From: Chrysomallon squamiferum
Taxonomy: Eukaryota; Animalia; Mollusca
Assembly (NCBI GenBank): GCA_012295275.1
Contig: CM022669.1
Location: 2,790,001-2,854,000 of the forward strand
Reading direction: 5' to 3'
DNA length: 64,000 bases
Each line of letters starts with the position of its first letter. The first letter of the stretch is position 1. The position numbers and the translations under genes are program-made. Below are positions 14,201 through 36,112 of this stretch, piece by piece. The notes under the pieces are model-generated. The model was not told where the DNA came from. It searched no databases and saw only the letters and a list, made by a program, of their open reading frames with translations.

Positions 14201-14851
14201 GTTTAGACAGAGAAGCAATTATAGAGAAAATTCAGTTTCGTATAAGATAATTAACTGTAGTTTAAACGTTTACATTTTCTAAAAATATGTTTAATTAAAT
14301 ATTTTTTTTTTCATGACATTTATACTCTAGATTCTTCATAATATTAAATTCAAAGGATATCACTGCAATAAGAACACAATAAATATAGCATTATTATTAT
14401 TATTATTATTTCAAATTTCACAGTTTTTGACACAATATTATAATTAAAAAATTAAAGCCAGTATTTTTCTAATTTACGCCAGGAAAGAGTTAGAAGGAGG
14501 AGCGGACAACTCTAAATTCAGAAAAAGAACAGGTGACGCTTACTTTATTTGTTTTTAAGATACGTTACCCAGTATGAATCCCTGATTATTACAAGGGGCG
14601 GGGGAGTCTTGTTTAACGAATAAACGTTTTGAATCCAATGAGCTGAAGACGTACGGCCCACTTTATATTTTTATGGTGTAAGAAAAATTGTTTCTCATCG
14701 AAATAGTGAAAAAGACGATCGCAGATTGTTCAGTTCTTGCCCATACATCTTTTATTCTAAAATTTCTAACATCCAAAAAAAGAGTAATGAAATGTTTTTA
14801 CATTTAAATCGTACTAGTAACTTTTTAAAAATTACTTTTTTGATGTTAATA

Positions 14852-14888
<37 letters not shown>

Positions 14889-16197
14889 TTAATTGAAAAA
14901 TACTTAATGTTACATGTTTATTATGTAGGTTAGTCAAATATTAATTTGTTGTAAATGAATCTTGTAACATTGAATGATATTATGGATGATACTGCAATAA
15001 TTAATATAACTTTATTACATAATTCCAAAGAGTGCTAGTTCTATTTTTTTTTTTTTTTTTTTTTTTTTTACATAAAACTTGCATTTTTTAATGTAATATT
15101 AAGACACGTTTTCAGATAGTGATTGTTCATTAATATTATTACTATTATTATTACACTATGACAGGACATATCTTTGTAGATAATATAACCACAAAGAATT
15201 CAGTTATAATTTCACACTGGTGTTTCACACAGAACAACATGTGAGGCAGTGACTCGGTGCGGATATAATTATTCTGTCCATTTCCATTCTCACATTAAAA
15301 TATTTCCCGTTCCACCCAGAGTCTCAAAACTAGTTCATCAAAGGCATGGACATGATTTTTTTCTCCTGTCTTTGGTAAGATTATATAAAAAGATGGTCTG
15401 CTGCTAATATGTAAAATGAGCAAATATATTGGCAGCTCTAGGTTTCTTTCGGCCACACAAACCTTTTGGGAACATTTTTGTGGGGCTCTCAGGTTCATAG
15501 CCAAGATCTGTTTTCGTGAAAACAAAACGTACTCGATTTATAATGTCTCAGTCAGATCTCTCTTTAGTCACAAAGAATTCATCAAGCTTTAACATTAACT
15601 TTCAAGTTTGTTTTGCTTTGTGACAAACTTTAGAAGTTTGTTTCTGTTAGAAGGCAGCTGTTAGATCACCCTAACGTGCGGTTCAAATAGCTTAAAGAAG
15701 GCTTTCTTTTTTGTGATTATCAACATAAAACCGAGGAATGTTTCTATTTAAGAACCACTATTATTAACATAGACAGCCGTTAAACATACATTCATTCAAT
15801 CGTTGGCTACAGGTTACCAAATATTTAAACAAAGTTTTTTTTATTACTGAAGGTGAACAACACTGGTCCAAGGTTCTTCAAGTGAACAGAGACTGCCCTC
15901 TGCCTTACAGTTTGTTACCGAAAACGTCAAAACACAAGAACGGATATTTCGTTTCGCTGTCACAACGTAACTGTGATGATCATGCCAAAGGTTCTGGACG
16001 CTCGGATCCTACTGGAGGACTTTGGAGTTGCGTTACAGACCGTTTTCGAAACTGGATTCAGACAAAACGAAAATACGACAATCCTCCATTAGAAAATTAT
16101 TTCGTATGCGAAAGCCTGTTAAAACAAACTACTTCTGTGGCAAACGAGAACGAAATATCTAACAGACCCAATCGTAAAGAAGTCGGCTGCAAGTTCT

Positions 16198-25289
<9,092 letters not shown>

Positions 25290-26502
25290 ACATATGCACA
25301 TAAGCTAGTTAATACTACTGAAAGAAAAACACGAGATAAATAAAGAAATGAAAATATCAAGTTTCTTATTACTATTTCCCAGTTTAACAGCAGATGAACG
25401 TGGTAACCCTAGTGGTTAGTAGAAAAACGAGTGTTCGTATAAGAAATGATTTTTTACGCTCGATGTTATTAATTTTAACCAGAAGAAAAACAATACTTAA
25501 TTAGATGAGAGAGAGAGAGAGAGAGATAAAAAATCTCAAAGAAAATAAAAAGAATGTAAAATACATAACTGTAAACAAACAACTCAAAAACTGTTAAAAG
25601 ATGAAAGTGATATTGTTGCATTTTGAAACAATAAATGTAACTTCATAATTTGTCTGAAATGTATACAGGTGTATTACTGTATGGATTTATAGTTTTTAGT
25701 GACAGGTAATTTGGCGTACAAATGCACACATGTATGTGTATGTACGTGTGTTTGTGTGTGTGTGTGTGCATGTGTTTAATTAAATAAGGTCTTTATGAAA
25801 TCTTAATGGTTATTAGGAAGGAAATAAATATTCTAAACTAAAAGTATTATAAAATGTCATAGATTATTTAATCTACAACATTTGAAGTTTATAATCATTT
25901 CAGCTGTATCTGTTTCAAATAGTAATTTCAAAATAAGAGAAAACATTTTTTATTTACTTCATTTTCTTTATTTATACTGTTGTTTGTATTGTTAATTTTC
26001 AATCTAATAAATCTTATTTACAACCAAAGTTGTTTTTAATATACCTGTAGACTGTTTATGAACAGAAAGGATAGTTAGCAATCTTTAATCTGTAATTTCA
26101 TACCAAATACAATTCTAAATATATTTTGTGAGAGAACACGAGGGAAAGGGAGATAGAAAGAAAGGTTAGAGAGAAAGGGAGAAGAGAGAGTGTAAGAATG
26201 TGTGTTTGTGTGTGTGTACATATTATGTTAAATTTACTAAATATAATAGCAGTATTGGAATTTGTAAACATTAAATATACACACTGAAAATCATTAACAA
26301 TAATTAAGAAGATGATAGAAGTTTGTTGTTAGTTTGCTTTTAAATGCATCCAAACTAAGGTTAAAATTATAATAAAAATTAATAAAAGGTGCAAACTGTT
26401 GACTTATTAAAATTTCTCTGAAAAAAACCCAATGAATTCACACTGGAAGTACTGAAATAAATACTGATTTAGAAAAATAAATAAAACATGAGTTGTTATT
26501 TA

Positions 26503-29500
26503 TTATCTTTTTGAGGCTGCAGGTCTGAAATATCTAAGTAGTGTGTCAGTGTTTCTGTTTGATGGTGGACTTGTGGGTTTGGTCTTAGCCTTCATGGCTT
26601 GCATTTCCCATTCTAACAACAACTCCTTCTGTAAAGACAAAGGGAGAGAACTGAAAATGTGAGGGTCTATGTTGTTGGGTATTACTTTACAATCATGTTC
26701 CTTTGAAGGCAGAGGTTTTGTTTTAATGATTTCTGATTTAGTGTGTGACAATCCGAATGATATTGTTTCCTCAAGATTTGGCTTTTCTGGTTTGCACAAA
26801 TGATCATTTTGTGTACTACATGCAATAGTGTCATCTAAATAATTTTTGTTTTGTTTGATTTTACATACTTGTATATTATTTTCCTGACTGTTATCTATCT
26901 GATCTGGCACAGCTATGTTCAAGTCACCAGAAACATACTCTGTACTGCTTTCCATTTTACAGTCATTTCTTCCACTCTGAGATTCTACACTGCACTGTTC
27001 TCCTTTCTTCACCTGATTCTTGCTTTTATATTCAGAAATATAATTTAACATATTTTTAGCTGGAATATCTTTCTCTACATGATTCTCAATTTTAGATTCT
27101 TTCTGTATGTCCTGGGATGTTATACTATCCTGTTGCTCTGTTTCTAATTCAAAGTTTCTCACATACACATTAACATTGGGTCTTTCGATATCTGAGGACT
27201 TGCTATTAACCTGATGTTGTGCGATAAATTTCTCTTTTAAGTTTGCTTTATCTTTCTGTTGGCAACTTAGATGTTTTAATTCTTTATTTGTTTCAAACAA
27301 ACACTGGTTTTTCTCTGGTTCTGAAGAATGATGATCAATTTTCATGGATTTTTGAATATTTTCTAAATTGGCGGATAAAAGGTGATTCTGTTGCTGTGAT
27401 GGCTGCCCACATACTGCTACATCATTACACTGCTGTTCCATTTGATTCTCAACTTTAACAGGAGATTTTTCAAAGACTATTTTATGTGTAGTATTTAACA
27501 ATTTTGACCTCTTCTGAGCAAAAAATGAATCTATTTTTAAAGATGTTTGACTTTTTTTTCTTTTGCCACTGTAAGAATATTCCAGATTATTTGACTTTGG
27601 AGACATCTGAAACAGTTTCACTTTGTTATTGTTATTATTAGCTGCTGAAAAAGACTGTGAAAAGCTAATTGTGTTCATTAAATTAGCTGTGTCTGAGGTA
27701 AGAGGAACTGAAAAAGTATCACTTAAATTCATGGTTGTATTACTTTCACTGGAATCATCTCCAGAAAGAAATTTACTTTGACATGAACTTGAACTTTGCC
27801 TATCATTAAACTGTCCACAGCTTTTTTGCCCATTTTTCTTCATTTGTTCACTGAAAAATCTATTGATGGAGTGCTTAGTTCTTGTTTCCATCTTAGTGAA
27901 AGCCACATTAATAAGAACAATATTGAAATTCTCCTTCACATTAACTAGTTTGTGGAACAGACTGGCAGCTATTTCACATAGTCTCTGATGAACTTTATCC
28001 AAATTTTCTGCAATAAATTAAAACAAATGATGACTGTTTTACAAAACATGAAACATTTTAATATTAACACTTTCTCTTCCCATTCATATATTTCATATAT
28101 AAAGATTACAAGAGAAAATCTATTACCACTACTCCAGTTACTCTTATCAGATAACAGCAAAATATTTTGTATAAACAGAATAACTGATCTCGTGAAGTTT
28201 TTTACAAAGGCTGGAGTTAACAGAAACTTGTATGTATGCCTTTCTAACTTTGTGAAAGGAAAATAAAAAATAATTAAACAGATAAATGAAAATAAATGAA
28301 AGTGAAACACACTAAAATACTTAAATCTTTTTAAAGAACAGAGTAAATTTTATTTTTCAGATTTAAAAAGTATTTTATAACAAAATTTTGTGAACCTCTA
28401 GTTTATTAATTAATTTTTATTTAGCGCTGTAAAACTGACTAAAGGGACAAAGTATTTCCATGACAAACATAAAAAAAATATAATACCAGAATTAAAATTC
28501 TTGAATAAATCACTTGATATTGGACACTGCCGACTTTCTCTGCCTCCATACTGTTGACTATCTCCTTTACGAACTGTCAGTCGGAAAGTGTGTGGAATTC
28601 GACCATCAGCAAGTAGCCTATTCACATGTAAACAGTAAACAATTGAATACTAATCTTATAGAAAAATATTTAGGAAACCATATTTTTAAAAGTAGCAAGT
28701 ACAATAGATATAAAAATTAATTTTAAATAACTTTTCATTGATCTAAGAAATTCTTGTAGTTATATTGCTGCAATAAATACAATAGATATAAAAATAAATT
28801 TTAAATAAAGTTTCATTGATCCAAGAAATTCTTGTAGTTGTATCGCTGCACTAAATACAAAAAATAAAATGATAAATTTTAAATAAAAATTCATTGGTCA
28901 CAGAAAGTTTAGTAAGCATATTGTTGCAGTGAATACAATAGAAAGGACATTTTAAAAATCAAAAACATTCATTGATTGTTGAAATATGAAAATATTCATG
29001 AAGGGGGAAATAATAAGAAAATTATTCAAGATATGAAATCTTGTAAGGTACATGTGAATGTAACATACTAATAAAACTCTGTCACAAATAACATTTAAAT
29101 ACTGACTGTCATTATATGTCCTATAATTACTGAGCTGCAGCTCTTTAAATAACAACAAACTGAAATACAGCAAATACATAATGACAAGTTTTACTGAAAT
29201 CAAATAGCTATTATAATAAAATATTATAAACTGGAAAGAAGAAAGCAAATATTATATTTAATGAGACACTCACAGCATTAGACGTAGGTTAAAAACCACA
29301 CAGATATTAACAACCCACAATCGCAACTTCATGGGCTACACTTTTCTAATAGACAGCAAGGAATATTCACTGTGACAGACAGGTTAGTACATACCACAGC
29401 CTTTATACACCAGTTGTTGAGGTCTAGCCTGTTGGTTCCACCAAGAGGATTGACCCTGTGACCAACTTACCTTGAAAAGATAGATGTTCCAGCACTGAGC

Positions 29501-32500
29501 TACATTCCACTGTCTTATAAACTGAATACTATCTAGTGTAAGTAACCCTGCATGAATACTGCGAGAATAGTCTTGATGTGTGAGATGATACAGTGATGAA
29601 TTTACAGTTAAAAAGATAAATTCTGATTTGATACCTTTTCAGAAGATTTATCAACAGCTCATCTATTTTCTCATACACAAAGGGGAGGCAACTGCAGTTT
29701 CGGAAAGAATCTTCATCACTAAGAGTCTAGGTGAAAAAAATAAGAAAAAAATGAAGTAATTAATCACTGGTGATTGAAATATATTTCAAATATCAACTCA
29801 GATGGGGTAATGAATAAATACATATATTATTTAGGGTCATTAGATGTTTTTGTTTCTTTTATTTTAATAAAAGATTATTAATGTTATCAGTTAGCAATAA
29901 TAAGAAAAATTTGACGTCATCTTGCACAATAAGAAAAATTTGACATGTCATCTTGCACATAATTATAAACAAAAAAACTTGTATACTCAAATGAATGAAA
30001 ATTAATGCTATTTGGCTTTTTAAAATACTTATTGAAATAAGGTTTAAATATACTAGTGAAAAACATCATTAGTCTAAATAACTAGTGTGTACTTTAAAAA
30101 GTTATTCTGCTTTACTCTTCTTTTTTAACAAGTTATTTAACTGGTCTAGTTCATATTCTAACCTGAGGAAGGCTAAATGGAACCACGGGGCTATTATCAA
30201 TCCCATAAGCCAGTTGTTGTATTGATGTTGCCATAGTTTCACCAAATTCCTTTATCAGTGATTTCAGAGAAGTATTCTGTAGATCACTTAAATTGTCGAT
30301 ACCGAGAGCTGAAAGCTTTTTGGATGTTGCGTGGCCAATTCCTAAAAAATACAACATTTTACTAGTTTGTTAACAACCTTTAGATTCCCAGTGAAACAGC
30401 AAATTTACAGATTGTAATCTTGTCAGTGGATGAAATTCTTAAACACATTAGCAGAATTAATGATTTTAAAATTTATTTTTACAAATATATATTATTCATT
30501 ATTTGTATACAAGTAATATTTAATACAGATTTATACTCTTTTATTTTACAATGTGCAGGTCATAAAAAACTATTAGTTTAATTTTGAGGTTGGATAAAGT
30601 TAAAATTAAAGTCTGGTTAAGATTACAGAACTCACCAGGGATGGTTCCTGGTTTTGTCAGTGATGTAATAAACTGAGCAACTTGTCCAGGAAACAGAGTA
30701 GTTTGTTGGTTTGGTTTGTGCTGCCCTGCTACAAGCTTGGACAACAGTTTATTGTGAGCAATTCCTGCACAACAGGTCAAGCCAAGCTCGTTATACAGAG
30801 CACTTCTAATCTCAGCAGCAACATGTGAGGCTACTTTCAGTCTGACATCACATCCACAGTGACAACCTGAAAACAGAGACTAACTGCATGTGATGCTAAA
30901 ACTTTAAAACAGATTATAAATTTGTAGTGAAGAATTCACAGATCAGTGTCTTTTAAATCAGATTCCTTTAATCAGTACATAATAGTATTAATACAAACCA
31001 CAGAAGTAAATAAATAAAAAATAAAAAAAAATCTAAAAAAATTACATTATAAAATTGAATCCATTTTCCTTGAATCTCTGAATTGTTAAAACATGTATTT
31101 TTTAAAGAAAATAAAAATAAAAAAAAAAAAAAAAATTGCTACTCTTTAGCAAAAATTTTGAAATGGAAAATTAGAACAAATGCAGCACTGTCCATATCAT
31201 TATTACTAGTTCACAAGTTCAGGAAACTGAACAATGATTAAAAAAAAAAAATAAAAAAAAAAAATAAAAATAAAAATAATAATAATAAAAATAAAATAAT
31301 AATCAATGATAATAATAATAATAATAATAAATACTTAATTAAAGTAAAAGATATAATTGATTTGTCATCTGGTTTTTCATAGTCATCTTTGCAACATAAG
31401 TACTTCCTTGTTTTCTTTGATATGTAACTGCAATTCATACTCAGTCATAGTATTAATCAAAATAAAATGCAAAAAGTATAAAAATTGAAAAAAAAAAAAC
31501 AGAAACTTAAGACACACAAACACACATACACGAAAAAAAAAAAAAAAAAAAAAAATAATAATAATAATAATAATTTAAAAATTAAAAATTAAAAGAAAAT
31601 AGCAAAAGGTTAAAAATTACCTTCACATGCCTTCCTGTCTCCGTAAGTGAAACCAGAAACTTGATGTTCAAACTGAGTTTTAGACATCCTCTCTGTGACT
31701 AGATCTGTTACATCTAGAAAGTTTTCATCAAATCCTAGTCTCTCCACCCTTGGTGTGTATTTCAAACAAAAATCTGAAATGCACAGAAATGAGACATTAA
31801 TAAATTAAAATACAGGATACTTGTTAAGTATGATGAAGGAACATACCACAAAAACCCAAGTAAAACCCCAAAAGCCCTTCACTTCTGTCAGTTTTGCTTA
31901 ACTTCACGTCAACTTCATGACACTTTTATAACTATGAGTGATATAAGGCAAAAGTGAATACATTTTTTATAACATTTTCACATTAAAATAGCTATAAATG
32001 TTTTATAACATTGATCAAATATAGTGAAAAACAGAATAAAATATGAACAAAATGTGCAAATATAAGTACAAATATCTGTTGTTAAGATTATTATAAAAAA
32101 TATAAATAAACCACAAAAAAAACACACAGTAAAAATAAAGAAAAAAAGAAAACAATTAGCACTAAAAAATTTTTTCAATTACAATAATTTAATCACCCTG
32201 TATTATCTGTATCTGTGACTATGATCAAATTAAATATCAAAAATATTTACTGAAATGTGGAATAATGATAGAAGGTGACCTGAAATTCTGTAAGACATTT
32301 CTCTGTATGGTGTCAGATCTTCACCATTAACTAACACAAGGTCAGGACAAATAGATTTTGCTTCTTGTAGGCTCATCATCTTTTTCACTCCCAGTTCTCT
32401 CGCCTTGTAGTTAGTCGTAGCCAGCAGGGACTTTTGCTGAACACCTGTGTTTTATAACAGAATGAAATTCTAATTTATTTTTTTAAACAAAATCATTGGT

Positions 32501-33428
32501 TATAGAAAATTATTTTAAAACCTAAAACTGAAAATAAAGCATGGCTTAGAACAGTCATTAACAACATAACTAAGTCATGAGAAGCCATTTATCTTACACA
32601 ACTTTATCATGTGAAGTTATTAATAGCATAAAATGTTATCATGTATAAGTAATGATGCCTACATTATTCTGGAACTATTTCAAAGGATTATTTGCCTCGT
32701 GTAAATATAAAAATTTTAATTATTCATAATTACCAATAGGTTTGTCTCTTAAATATGGTTTTCTCAACATTTCAACCTGAGCATAAAAACAGTCCATGTC
32801 AATATGAATAATGCTTCTTTGGTGATCAGTTCCTGGAATATTAATAAAAACCCTGAATATAAAACAAAACAACAAAAAACTGACAGACACCATACATACT
32901 AAAAAAAAAAAAAAAAAAATAATAATTAAATAAAATAAATAAAAATAAAAAGAACAAACAAACAAGCAAAAAATAGCAATTAGGATAGATATTATTTCAA
33001 CTCTATATTATTTATATATAAATTTATTTTAATTTTACTTTTACATCTCAATTTTCTTTGGATAACTACTAAAAAATCAGCTCAGTGTGGCATGGTGTAG
33101 TTCAGAATCAATCAGACTGAGTGTACCAATTATGATTTTAACTAGTTCTGTCCAATATTATATGTTATGTACCATTCATAATATATAATTACGCTATGCA
33201 TGTGACTAAATTAATTTTTTTCTATTACATATCACTGAATAGTAAATAATAAAATGAACATGAATAATAAATAAATAAATATAAAATAAAAAATAAATAA
33301 ATAAATAAATAAATAAAAATATGTATATATATATAATCAGAATAATCACCACCAAATGTCACATTTGAAAGGCAAGATAACTCGGCTGGATGTTTCCAGC
33401 TCTCTTCATCGGAATCGGAATCTTCCAT
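26503..33428 (-). CDS. POLI: DNA polymerase iota (Y-family translesion polymerase), 9 coding exons
   Basis: complement join of 33350..33428, 32734..32832, 32280..32444, 31621..31773, 30636..30866, 30163..30341, 29635..29726, 28487..28617, 26503..28007. Motifs IIHIDMDCFYAQVEM, GVQQK, VERLGFDENFLDVT, CAGIAHNKLLSKL, QTLSDEDSF, RESRQCP and C-terminal UBM PNNIDPHIFSSLPLSLQKELL. Confidence 0.93.
28701..28940. repeat. Degenerate 78-bp tandem repeat, 3 copies, in a POLI intron
   Basis: acaatagatataaaa..ttcattgatc.aagaaattcttgtagtt at 28701 and 28779, with a decayed copy at 28857. Confidence 0.8.
29255..29510 (-). mobile_element. tRNA-derived SINE with V-domain-like core (decayed)
   Basis: Minus strand reads gtggaatgtagctcagtg (A box) .. 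gggtcaatcc (B-box-like) .. caactggtgtataaaggctgtggtatgtactaacctgtctgt .. ccttgctgtctattagaaaagtgtagcccatg. This resembles the V-SINE central domain as recalled from memory. Confidence 0.65.
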
Positions 33429-33780
33429 GATCTGTTAAAAAGAGGAATGTTCAGTTGTTGTTGTTTTGTTTTTTTAAAAGAAAGAAAGAAAGAAAGAAAG
33501 AAAAAATAGAACCATCTCATTTATAATTTTCAGTTTAAACAAAATAAATGATATTTTTAGATGATAATTTTATATTTAGTAAATCGCATTTTATAATGTA
33601 ATTAAACTTATTCATTGCGACATTTGTCTTTGTTTTATATTATATATACACCAATAAACTAATACAACTCCCCCAAAAACAAAAACGTAAAAAAACAAAC
33701 ACAAACAATTAAATGTATTTCCCGCAACTTTTGAGTAAGAGCTGATTTCGGTCACAAATTTTACTTTTTATCATAACAGG

Positions 33781-33794
33781 AGCGCCACCTGGAA
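33781..33794 (-). promoter_or_regulatory. CTCF-like motif between the POLI and FAM174 starts
   Basis: Minus strand reads ttccAGGTGGCGCT, matching the 3' core of the CTCF consensus, in otherwise very AT-rich sequence. Confidence 0.4.
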
Positions 33795-34007
33795 TAAAAA
33801 ACTGAAACTAGTACATCAGGCTAATTAATATGTATCTCATTCATATGAAATATAATATTATATATTATAAAGAAATTTGCTGATATCGCAAAAATGTGAT
33901 TATGCAACTAATTAAATTTACAACGGATTTTGAGCGAACCCCTTCGTTCATTTTCAGATTTACCAAAAACGTGCAAATGAAAAAAAAAAAAAAAAAATAA
34001 AAATAAA

Positions 34008-34053
<46 letters not shown>

Positions 34054-34722
34054 AAAAAAATAAAAACGGTATCTTCAGTACAACCTCAACGTCAAACTGA
34101 ACTCGAGATTAAAATAAAAATAGGACAAAAGATTCATTTTTGGTTTATTATTATTATTATTATATTTCAAAGCATATCCTGTCATCATGGGTACGAGTCA
34201 TAATTTCCAAAAATAACTAAATTAATTATAAAATAATAAAATTCAAGCAACTTCATCATCGTAGGGAAACATTTATTAATAATATGTTGTATCTAAAAAA
34301 GTGCCATTTACTATTCAGTCTATTGTATTTATTATTTTATAAATAAAAAGATTACTGTAATTCAGTACAGTTAAAAGTGTTTATTGAATTCTTGTAATCT
34401 TTTTTGTAAATCGAAACTAAAATTTTAATATTTTTTAAAACAACATTGTGCAATGAATTTCCATATTTAATAAATCGACATATTAACAAAACTAAATATT
34501 TTCACGATAAAATATCGAAATTTCTTCAAGACAAGGTACAAATAACATCTAACAACTGTTTTCCTAAATTGTTTTCGTTTCGTTGGATTTTTAGTTTCAA
34601 ATTTACTCAGATTAAAAGAATAATTACTTCCGCTTGCGTGTATTCTTGTGATTTCAATCGGATTGTGCATTGAACTAGAATTTGATATGTATAATATATA
34701 AAATTTACAACCAGCTATCAAG

Positions 34723-36112
34723 ATGAAGACTTCATTGATATTATGTCTGAGTATAATTTTAATTTGCCTGAATATATCCATTTGTAACAGTGATAAATAT
34801 TCTAAATCGAAAAACGGAAGTTCGAAAAAAGAACTCCCTGATACACTCATAACCAAGAAATCAGACCAATCTCAAAACATTCATAAAGATACACCGAAGA
34901 AGTCTGCTATCACACCTGGAAACAAATCAACAACAGAGAAAATTCCAGATTTGACAAACAATGATAAAAATGTTAGTTGTGTTAATGGAACATCCTGTGA
35001 AATTAAAAAACCTGATAGTTCGTATGGTGGAGTGATGACAGGAATATATAACACAGTCGCAGAAAACAAAGACATGCTTTTGAGAACTTTATATGTCTTG
35101 ATTGGTGTTACTGCAATAGTTATTGTGTATTTTATTGTCAGAGCTTGGAGGTTAGTATAGTCATAGCATTACTGGTATTGATTATAATTTGCCTTTAAAC
35201 TTCTTTTTAAAAACAAACGCAGTCAGTCTGCTCTCACAGTCTCAGTATCACTCTATGAGTATCAATATTCTAGTTTCAAAATATATATCAACATCACAAT
35301 TACCATTTTACAATAACGTTTTAATCTTCCCAAACTCGAGCTTACTTGTGCAGTCAAAATACTTTACTTTTTTTTCAGAATCCACAATTTGTTTAACTTT
35401 TTATGTAAAATAAAAACTGAAAAGAATTGAAAAATTATTTTGACAAAAATGTAGGTAACTGAAATAAAGACAACAAGGATTCAGATAATTCACCATGGCT
35501 TTAAGTAGTACAGTTTTATGTTCTTTATCAACAATGTGTTTTTATATATATATATATATATATATATCATTATTATTTATATTGTATATATGTGTGACTG
35601 TTGCATAAAAATTATATAGAGTAGCATTTCTGTTATTAATAAACTGTTTATGTTATAATTTAAGAGCCAAACATTTCATTTTAATTTTTTCTTTTCTTTT
35701 GATTTTGGTCAAATGTATATATACATTTCCATTTAAGTATATGTTTCATAACTTTTTTAATAAAAGAATAATGAGCCATTCCTATTAAAGGGAATATCCA
35801 TTTGAAAAAAAAAAACCCAGACAGGAGCTGCTTTCCTTTTTATAATTAATTTTATAATCACTGATATTAAAGTGTGGCATAGATTGATTATTATTTTTCT
35901 ATTTATTTAAAAGTATTTTTCTTTATGATCAGTGTGCATATTATTACCCTTTCTGTCTTTGTAGACTAAGAAGAAAGCGTAAAGCCAGGAAATATGGAAT
36001 CATCACCACACCAGCATCAGATTTGGAAATGGCACCATTAGGAGATGGTGAGGAGGATGAAGAGGATGACATGACTGTTTTTGAAATGAGTCCTAAACAT
36101 CAGGCTAGATAG
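34723..36112 (+). CDS. FAM174: FAM174-family (DUF1180/TMEM157-like) type I membrane protein, 2 exons
   Basis: join(34723..35150,35965..36112). Signal peptide, S/T/K-rich ectodomain, TM RTLYVLIGVTAIVIVYFIV, then RLRRKRKARKYGII..DLEMAPL..DEEDDMTVFE, the characteristic FAM174 tail. Confidence 0.85.
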
